Virus record (IMG/VR): IMGVR_UViG_3300027898_000001
From: a virus
Lineage: Duplodnaviria > Caudoviricetes
Length of the DNA stretch: 64,000 nt
Direction: 5' to 3' (one strand)
The notes under the pieces are model-generated. The model had not been told where the DNA came from and did no database searches. It worked only from the letters and a program-made list of their open reading frames with translations. Both the position numbers and the translations under genes were made by a program. Shown here in pieces: positions 47,393-54,217 of this stretch (the first letter of the stretch is position 1; each line of letters starts with the position of its first letter).

Positions 47393-48499
47393 ATGGCTAT
47401 ATATAGAGGACCACAAGATACAAACAGACGCGCCAAGAACTACACACACAAACAAGCTCAAGCACGTTTGGAAGAGACTATACCTACATTTAACGAGCAA
47501 GTAATCAACTCACTTGGTGTGGATAGTGTTTTCATAGATTACTTCCATGTACATGATAGAGTAGGTGAAGTGTGCAGTTGTAGAAAAACAAAGGTAGAGG
47601 ACACATTCGATCACGTGGAAGATGGTGTGAATACAGTAGTACCTACACGTAATGATGTTAAGTCGTCCATAATACTGCAAGATGATGATATATTCGGAGA
47701 TAGTCGGGCAGAACGTATCTACGAAGATCAGGGGATAGATGTAAGTGGAGACTTAGATTATGATCCTAGTATTCCAGACGTGTTGACTGCACAACTAGAT
47801 AAAGATGGTAATGTTGTATATCAAGATAGTGTGACAGAAGGTAATGTAGATTGTCCTATATGTTATCGCACAGGCATACTACCCGGCTACACAAGATTGA
47901 ATACAGTGCGCCATTTGTTGACAAGTTTGAACTATGTTAAACTTGATGGTTACAATATAGATAGGGCATTGACACCACACGAGTTGTGGAACGTAAGTAA
48001 AACAGGTAATGCGTATTATGAGATATTAGTGCCAAAATACTTCACAGTAGCTAATTACAGTGTTCGTTATGGTAAGTACATTCTAAAGGCCGAAAGTATC
48101 TATCTGAACGGTGTGCCTCTGTCAGATAAGTTATTACGCAGATACGCAGGCACAAAGATAATAGTGTCTACAAAGGCCGAAAAATTTACACACATTGTTA
48201 TAGAGTTTGAATTAGTGCAAGAAAAACTACGTGGTAACCTGAGCGCTGAATCGAAAGCCTTAGATTACAATTTACGTGATATGACAGCGGATTTCACAGT
48301 AATCTTACCACCAAGTTTACATGAAGTAAGAGTGAATGATGTTATTGTAATACGGGATAGAAGGTTAGTATTAAAGGTGAAAGACATGGAACGTAAAGTG
48401 ACGGCAGCAAAAAAGCAATTAGAATGGTCAGTTCAAACGAGGGTGGTTCAACCACAGGAACCAATCAAAAACATTTACAAATCATTTAAAATAGGTTAA
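47393..48499 (+). CDS. Hypothetical protein, possible head-closure/neck protein (start ATG 47393)
   Basis: CSC..CPICYRTG zinc motif and beta-rich C-terminus; structural role inferred. Confidence 0.45.
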   Translation: MAIYRGPQDTNRRAKNYTHKQAQARLEETIPTFNEQVINSLGVDSVFIDYFHVHDRVGEVCSCRKTKVEDTFDHVEDGVNTVVPTRNDVKSSIILQDDDIFGDSRAERIYEDQGIDVSGDLDYDPSIPDVLTAQLDKDGNVVYQDSVTEGNVDCPICYRTGILPGYTRLNTVRHLLTSLNYVKLDGYNIDRALTPHELWNVSKTGNAYYEILVPKYFTVANYSVRYGKYILKAESIYLNGVPLSDKLLRRYAGTKIIVSTKAEKFTHIVIEFELVQEKLRGNLSAESKALDYNLRDMTADFTVILPPSLHEVRVNDVIVIRDRRLVLKVKDMERKVTAAKKQLEWSVQTRVVQPQEPIKNIYKSFKIG

Positions 48500-48503
48500 T
48501 ACT

Positions 48504-49085
48504 ATGAAAGACAGTACGGAAATAGCAGTACAAAAGAACATGATGGCTCTTGCAAAGAAGCGCGGCAGTAGTGCTCGTAGTCGTATGCTTAGTATGATTA
48601 TGCCCCACCTGTCCCAAGAAAATGGTGAGAAATTAGCCTCAGCATTAGATTCCAAGAATTCTTCTAAGTTTAGAGAAGTTTGGGATAAGATTCGTAAGGA
48701 AATTGAAACTAAATTTGGGCACAAAGCCGAAGCTAGTAATAGCAATGACTTCTTGGAAGAGTTTGAATTGGAAGTATTAGCTTCCTATAACGATTCTGAT
48801 GATGGTATCTTGTTGAATGGTAGTGGTCCATTCAAAGATCAACTACGTAGCATAATTGCAAATGGTTATGCTGAAATATCTCCAGGTATTGTATATCGTT
48901 TAGTATCAATTGATTTAGGTGCAGCACATAACCGCGCATTACAATCAAACATTGCAAAGATAGATGCAGAATTACACAGAGTGGATGGTACGTTAATTAA
49001 GTCATTCCGTTTCAGCGGCAAGTTAGTAAGTGCAGTATTCGACAACTTATTACTGGCAAAGGCGTTTATCAAAGATGATAAGTAA
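48504..49085 (+). CDS. Hypothetical protein
   Basis: 193-aa ORF in operon. Confidence 0.6.
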   Translation: MKDSTEIAVQKNMMALAKKRGSSARSRMLSMIMPHLSQENGEKLASALDSKNSSKFREVWDKIRKEIETKFGHKAEASNSNDFLEEFELEVLASYNDSDDGILLNGSGPFKDQLRSIIANGYAEISPGIVYRLVSIDLGAAHNRALQSNIAKIDAELHRVDGTLIKSFRFSGKLVSAVFDNLLLAKAFIKDDK

Positions 49086-49284
49086 ATGCACGAATACAAC
49101 ATGCCCTATGCGCAGCGAGTGCAGACGTTCTACAGATATGTGGAGAGAAGATGATCCTAAGTCTTGGTACACGTATACTGTAGGAATAAATGGTGCGGAA
49201 TGTTCAAACAAGATAGATAACTATAGACGGTTATCTATCTCAAACCGCACTACTCCTATTCGTAATTCTGTGGTTGTATTTTAA
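49075..49284 (+). CDS. Small Cys-rich protein (start ATG 49075)
   Basis: CTNTTCPMRSECRR..AEC four-Cys pattern. Confidence 0.5.
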   Translation: MISKCTNTTCPMRSECRRSTDMWREDDPKSWYTYTVGINGAECSNKIDNYRRLSISNRTTPIRNSVVVF

Positions 49285-49501
49285 GTATGTTGTAATCTAT
49301 ATGCGCGAGTACGACGGCTTCTAAGTTTTGTCTATCTAAACTACCGTCGTACCTGCATATCTTAACTCCTGCATTAGGTAATGTATCTACACACACAAAT
49401 AGATAACATTTACCATTCACATTTTCCCATCCAATAGGTAATTCATCTATAGCAATATAATGAGAAATACCGTCAACTTCTACTACACTAAACCATTCCA
49501 T
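49256..49501 (-). CDS. Hypothetical protein
   Basis: 81-aa ORF, SD AGGAG; first gene left of the non-coding region. Confidence 0.55.
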   Translation of the reverse strand: MEWFSVVEVDGISHYIAIDELPIGWENVNGKCYLFVCVDTLPNAGVKICRYDGSLDRQNLEAVVLAHIDYNILKIQPQNYE

Positions 49502-49939
49502 ACTTTTCTCCTAAAACACGTTTTTGGCAGATTATCAATTATTTACAATTTCTGTTTTTGCAAAAAGGACGAAAATCGTTCATTTTCATGCGAAAAAGTC
49601 ACTCAATTTCTTCAAAAACACGCTCTTATAACTAAAAGTTATTAAAACGCGGTTCCAAGAAAATGCTATTCCACATGCTAGGAATGAAGCCTACGGTATG
49701 CCTAATGTACGTTCCACCCAAACCAGTGTTTTTACAGGTGATACCTTTTCATGTTTTCGTCAAAAATTAATAGCTGTTTTTATTGCAAAAATAATATGAA
49801 TTCCATCCTAATGCATGGTCCTATCAAGGTAGTACTATTAAAACACTATATAACCACGCTTTTTCAAGATTAGACAGGTAGCAATTCGTATATAACCAAA
49901 TAGTCTAAAAATTCAGAAATAAAAAGTGTCAATACATAG

Positions 49940-50640
49940 TATTGCGCGAGAGCGAATAGCCTCGAAACGAATTCCCCAGCCAGAATGAGTGATAGAGATT
50001 GACCGAATGAGAACGAAGCGAAAGTGAGGGTATTTATACCCGAACAGAATTAGGCGCATTTGCGAAAAACTTGAATAGACTAGCCAGATTAATAAGCCTA
50101 ATCGGACGAGCGGAGTGAAGTCCTAATAGCGAAGCGTCCTGTCCGATGCTGCGGAGCAGCGAGTACACCTTAGCGCAGCGAAAGGTGATTAAAGATACTC
50201 TAAAAGATATTTCCCTGGCTCCAAGAATACATCATCCTAATTGGTAGATGATGTTGATTAGGTCTTTGGTAAATTGGGCAAAGCCTGCTTTTCGGAAAGC
50301 CATTGTTCCCGTTTCTAATTAGCCTATCTTTATAACGATTTAATTAGGATTAATTCTTTGCCTTTTTGCCTTTAAAGTTAGGATTAATTCTTGTATGAGT
50401 TAATCGCCTACGGCTCATAACTCCACTCTGCTGCGCAGAGGTCTTTATCGTTACTTCGTAACTCTTATTCTTCGCTCCGCTCATCATCCGCTACACTACG
50501 TTCCGCTCCTATTTTTAACTAATCTGTTTTAATTCCTTTTTCTATGCGCTAACGCGCTTGATAATATTTTACGCCGCGCCGGTTCGAGGCTGCTTTCGTG
50601 CGCGTTTCGCGCTTTTCTGAGTAATTTTATATACTTTTTC
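49940..50640. other. Candidate replication origin / strand-switch control region
   Basis: Non-coding; purine-rich left arm and pyrimidine-rich right arm; GNA-loop mini-hairpins on opposite strands; coding strand flips here. Confidence 0.6.
50344..50392 (+). repeat. 15-bp direct repeat TTAGGATTAATTCTT x2
   Basis: Copies at 50344-50358 and 50378-50392. Confidence 0.85.
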
Positions 50641-50659
50641 ACATAAACGAGTAAATGCT

Positions 50660-50965
50660 ATGATACCTATTACAATAGTTCTAGCTAGTGACAGATATAA
50701 TAGTTACGATGAATATACTGCTAATCAAACTGAACCTTCTGACGAAGAATTGGAAGAGCAACGTATAGAAGATGAACGTCAGGTTGCAGAAGATGCCAAG
50801 AAAGCTGATGAGGCTAAGAAAAAGCCAGCTGCTAAAGATGATACCGCTTCCGAAGATAGTAGTGAAGAAGGAGATGATTCTGACGAGGAATCCGACGATA
50901 CTGACGAAGACGAGGAATCTACTGATGATACCGATGATGAGGACGATACCAAGGCTGACAAATAG
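50660..50965 (+). CDS. Highly acidic low-complexity protein
   Basis: 101 aa; C-terminal half almost all D/E/S/T. Confidence 0.7.
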   Translation: MIPITIVLASDRYNSYDEYTANQTEPSDEELEEQRIEDERQVAEDAKKADEAKKKPAAKDDTASEDSSEEGDDSDEESDDTDEDEESTDDTDDEDDTKADK

Positions 50966-51206
50966 TGCAGCAGAATTGGGCCGTATTAAAACGCACAGAG
51001 ACAAGCATATTAAAGCTCTATCTTATTATGATAGACGCAAAAACCTTTGTCGTTTAGATAACATTACACAGTTGGCATACATACGAGAATTAATGTTATT
51101 GCGTCTACGTATGGAACGTCCAGAACCTGTTAAAGACTACGATAGATTGTTGATGCGCTCTGCATTACAACACTTCAGATTTGGCCTACACCACCTTTGC
51201 AACTGA
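50925..51206 (+). CDS. Hypothetical basic protein (start uncertain)
   Basis: GAGGA 8 nt before ATG 50925; overlaps the acidic ORF. Confidence 0.4.
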   Translation: MIPMMRTIPRLTNSAAELGRIKTHRDKHIKALSYYDRRKNLCRLDNITQLAYIRELMLLRLRMERPEPVKDYDRLLMRSALQHFRFGLHHLCN

Positions 51207-51216
51207 GACATTTAAA

Positions 51217-51585
51217 ATGACCGAAATTCTTATTTCCACCAGTGCGTCCTCACCAAACAATGATTTAGACAGAGCCATTTATGAAGCTCTCAATACTTCA
51301 TTTGATCTTAAGGTAAACAAGAACGATCTGTACCGTTCCGTATTTAACGTAGTTAACGCTCCTGATGCTATTTTCAGATACAAAACTCTTTCCAAAGATC
51401 CGAGATACACTACACTGTGTCGCGCATTTGAAGACAGTATTTCCGAGCGGTATGATGAATTAATTGAGAAATATGATTCCGCAACCGATAGTGAATTATT
51501 GGATAAACTGCAGGATGCCTTGTCTAAAGATTTTGGTATCCAAGCACATATTAATCTAGGCCGTTTAATCGTATCTTTAGCATAG
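51217..51585 (+). CDS. Hypothetical protein (start ATG 51217)
   Basis: MTEILISTSA N-terminus. Confidence 0.6.
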   Translation: MTEILISTSASSPNNDLDRAIYEALNTSFDLKVNKNDLYRSVFNVVNAPDAIFRYKTLSKDPRYTTLCRAFEDSISERYDELIEKYDSATDSELLDKLQDALSKDFGIQAHINLGRLIVSLA

Positions 51586-51586
51586 T

Positions 51587-51615
51587 TTGAAACCGTCAGC
51601 AAAACATGATATAAT
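51587..51615 (+). promoter_or_regulatory. Host sigma70-type promoter
   Basis: TTGAAA-17 bp-TATAAT with extended -10 TG. Confidence 0.8.
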
Positions 51616-51635
51616 GAGTTGTGAAAGAAATATCT

Positions 51636-51707
51636 ATCCTGTCTGCACTTTGTAGGTATAGCTCATAGTTAATATTGAAATGTTTGTAAACTTTAGGAGT
51701 ATCAAAT
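51636..51707 (+). repeat. Leader cassette copy 1 (72 bp; paralog at 60226-60297)
   Basis: 62/72 identical, last 30 nt identical, includes AGGAG. Confidence 0.9.
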
Positions 51708-51829
51708 CTAGTGATGTAGATATTCAAGCTTACCAACTTTATTAAACCTTTTTCTGTTAGAGTGTTCTAATAAAACGAGTATTTATGATATCGGATAGAT
51801 TTAATTTAAAAGTGTAAACATTACAATAT

Positions 51830-51926
51830 GAAGTTGAGACTGAATGGTTACCGAACGGGGATGAAGCCTAGCGGGTCGACAGTTAAACATCCTGTTATGT
51901 ACTGGAGGTTACGCAGTCTCAGCTTC
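51830..51926 (+). ncRNA. Candidate ~97-nt structured RNA
   Basis: 13-bp closing stem GAAGUUGAGACUG/CAGUCUCAGCUUC; GC-richer than flanks; preceded by GTGTAAACA. Confidence 0.55.
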
Positions 51927-52060
51927 CTCTGTTTCATCTAATCTAGTTGCGGCATTAAACTACCACGGCCTGCTCTTTTATTTAAGGTAATCATTATGTA
52001 TAACATGAATCCTGCACAACTATTACTCCTTCGATGTAGTACAATCATTGGAGAATTGTT

Positions 52061-52240
52061 ATGTCAAAGAAGTATTGTTTCAAATTCCTGCGAGTTGGTC
52101 CAGGCGGTATGAAATGTAACTGCTGCGCACCTGCTCCAGGGAAACGCAAAGAAATGTTCCGCAGTGCTAAGCGCCAGTTAGATCGTGCGTTGATGCGTGT
52201 GGAAAAGCAAGAACTCGAGGCTATTCGTAAAGAAAGCTAA
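52061..52240 (+). CDS. 59-aa protein with GPGG-x2-C-x-CC motif (below ORF-track cutoff)
   Basis: SD GGAGA; MSKKYCFKFLRVGPGGMKCNCCAPAPGKRKEMFR.. Confidence 0.7.
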   Translation: MSKKYCFKFLRVGPGGMKCNCCAPAPGKRKEMFRSAKRQLDRALMRVEKQELEAIRKES

Positions 52241-52242
52241 AA

Positions 52243-52251
52243 GTGTAAATA
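52243..52251 (+). promoter_or_regulatory. GTGTAAATA motif upstream of the tRNA
   Basis: 32 nt before the tRNA 5' end. Confidence 0.55.
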
Positions 52252-52283
52252 AGTGTTGACAGATAACTACTGTCCCTTACAAC

Positions 52284-52360
52284 GGGCCTATAGCTCAGTT
52301 GGTCAGAGCGTTCGGCTCATAACCGAAATGTCCGCAGTTCAAGTCTGCGTGGGCCCACCA
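52284..52360 (+). tRNA. tRNA with CAT anticodon, most likely Ile2 (lysidine type)
   Basis: Acceptor GGGCCTA/TGGGCCC, anticodon arm TTCGG-CTCATAA-CCGAA, T-loop TTCAAGT, encoded CCA; C4:G69, C5:G68, A73. Confidence 0.93.
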
Positions 52361-52401
52361 ACATAACCCAACTAATGTTATTCGTAAGGAATCTTTTAAT
52401 C

Positions 52402-52521
52402 ATGTTAATAAAAACAAGAACTGTGTTAAAAACGAATGGAAAAAACGTACAAGTCATTACAGTAAAACGTAAGACGATAGTTGCACCTACACAACACCTA
52501 GCTTTCGCTAAAGTCGCGTGA
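52402..52521 (+). CDS. 39-aa basic hypothetical peptide
   Basis: AAGGA upstream; ends just before a terminator. Confidence 0.35.
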   Translation: MLIKTRTVLKTNGKNVQVITVKRKTIVAPTQHLAFAKVA

Positions 52522-52525
52522 TATA

Positions 52526-52552
52526 AAAATGCCTCCCTCGTGGAGGCATTTT
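52526..52552. terminator. Intrinsic terminator (possibly bidirectional)
   Basis: aaaatgcctcc-ctcgt-ggaggcatttt. Confidence 0.85.
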
Positions 52553-52568
52553 GCTTTTGGAGACAAAA

Positions 52569-52946
52569 ATGTTTGTACCGATTTTTATATTTTTCAGTGA
52601 AGTCGTCGATTCACTTATCTACGTAGATACACTGGACACTGCACACCGTTGCGATTCAACTATGTTGCAACAAATATCGCATATTATGGACAACTACCTA
52701 AATGCAGTAGTATATCTACTGCCTGTGAAGGCACCACTCAAACCTGCTATCCAAGACATTCAAACACGCCACAAAGCATGGTCCGTTGAAGTGTTTGTAC
52801 ACAAATCACAATATAGCACAATAACTAAAAGCAGCCCGTTTTTACCTAATATGATCCAAGATTGTATTGATACTCGTGCTAGATTAAATCTTAGCTCTAT
52901 TCGCAATAGACTTGAAACTACTATGGAGACTGAAAATGAATATTGA
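52569..52946 (+). CDS. Hypothetical protein (start ATG 52569)
   Basis: SD GGAG. Confidence 0.55.
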   Translation: MFVPIFIFFSEVVDSLIYVDTLDTAHRCDSTMLQQISHIMDNYLNAVVYLLPVKAPLKPAIQDIQTRHKAWSVEVFVHKSQYSTITKSSPFLPNMIQDCIDTRARLNLSSIRNRLETTMETENEY

Positions 52947-53382
52947 TTTAACTATTACTGCAACAGCGCAAGAACCTGCCTATGTTATCAGTGGTTTTCC
53001 TGGTATAGGTAAATCACACTTTCAAAGCACTAGAGAGCGTGTATCTGATTCTGATAGTAGCAAATTCCCGAAAGACAATTTCCCTGCAAACTATATCGAA
53101 CATATCAAGGTCGCTATTAATGATAATGCGTTTGTTATGGTGTCTTCTCACGATGTTGTCCGTCAGGCTTTGGTTGATAACAATATTCCCTACATGTTAG
53201 TATATCCTGCGAAAGAATTAAAAGCAGAGTATATGCAACGATACACAGAGCGAGGTTCGCCGCAACCATTCTTAGACTTAATGGATAAAAACTGGGATTC
53301 GTTTGTTGATGGTTGTAAGTCACAAGATGGTTGTACGCACATTGAATTACAGGCTGGGCAATACCTGTCGGATGTGGTGTAA
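52936..53382 (+). CDS. P-loop NTPase, nucleotide kinase-like (start ATG 52936)
   Basis: VISGFPGIGKS Walker A, DSDSS, lid ERGS. Confidence 0.75.
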   Translation: MNIDLTITATAQEPAYVISGFPGIGKSHFQSTRERVSDSDSSKFPKDNFPANYIEHIKVAINDNAFVMVSSHDVVRQALVDNNIPYMLVYPAKELKAEYMQRYTERGSPQPFLDLMDKNWDSFVDGCKSQDGCTHIELQAGQYLSDVV

Positions 53383-53386
53383 TGTT

Positions 53387-53710
53387 ATGACTGCAAAATA
53401 TAAAGCATTACATGACGTACTGTATTCAAGATTCCTTAATCTTCGTATGCACTTTGTTATACCCGGTTTTCGTGAAAAAATGTTGCGCGAGCATTCTTTA
53501 CCTGAGGCCTTACAGTTTATATTGTTTGATTGTTGTGTCTACGTGTTACCTGCAGAAAATTTAACAGGATATAATTCTGTTTATATAACGCAAGGTGATT
53601 TTATTGCCTGGTTATTTATAGATAAAAATCATTATATCCTAGATACTTATTCAGAATTACCTTTTAAAATATTAGCAAATATTCTAATTGAGTTGGATAC
53701 ACGTATATGA
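53387..53710 (+). CDS. Hypothetical protein (start ATG 53387)
   Basis: ORF following the kinase. Confidence 0.5.
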   Translation: MTAKYKALHDVLYSRFLNLRMHFVIPGFREKMLREHSLPEALQFILFDCCVYVLPAENLTGYNSVYITQGDFIAWLFIDKNHYILDTYSELPFKILANILIELDTRI

Positions 53711-54181
53711 AAACTATTTATTTCAACAAGTTCTCCGAAAATAGATTATCCTAAAATCGAAAATGTCCAATTACATTTAGATGATCCTGATAAAAATACG
53801 GATGCTGCGCATGTGAAAGATGGTCGTATTGTATTTTTATGCAGAGCTGACATTGAAAATTCTATAGCAACACAAACTTTTGTTTGGTCTGATAAAAGTT
53901 TCGTGCGTGGGTATGCTAGAAAATTTATGCACTATGTATTGAAAGAAATTGGTATCATCCGCACATCTAAGACACAGCGTCCACTTGGCATTGAAATGTG
54001 GAAGAAGTTTATTGTTGAATGTTTGCATAGTTCTAATTATGTTTATTGGGGCAATGATTTTTCGTCTTTACACCAAATATCTAGGGTTACTGAATTGGAT
54101 AAACATTATTCTGATATTTGGGGCAATTCTTCCGAGCATGGAATGCAACATAAACATGTTTCAACCAAACCATTAATGTAA
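53707..54181 (+). pseudogene. Gene apparently frameshifted by one extra A after the start codon (or read from GTG 53813)
   Basis: ATGAAAACTA; removing one A yields MKLFISTSSPK.. in frame with the 53813-54181 ORF. Confidence 0.55.
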
Positions 54182-54184
54182 ATA
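54176..54184 (+). promoter_or_regulatory. ATGTAAATA motif upstream of gyrB
   Basis: 33 nt before the ATG. Confidence 0.55.
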
Positions 54185-54217
54185 TACAAAAACATTTCTC
54201 TATTAGGAAAGTTAAGT

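Noticed and set aside
50344-50392. 15-bp direct repeat as a mini CRISPR array
   Set aside because: Only two copies; repeat and 19-nt spacer are too short
52256-52284. TTGACA -35 box before the tRNA as a sigma70 promoter
   Set aside because: No TATAAT-like hexamer at 16-18 bp spacing
52284-52360. Initiator tRNA-fMet
   Set aside because: Has a G1:C72 pair and lacks three consecutive G:C pairs in the anticodon stem
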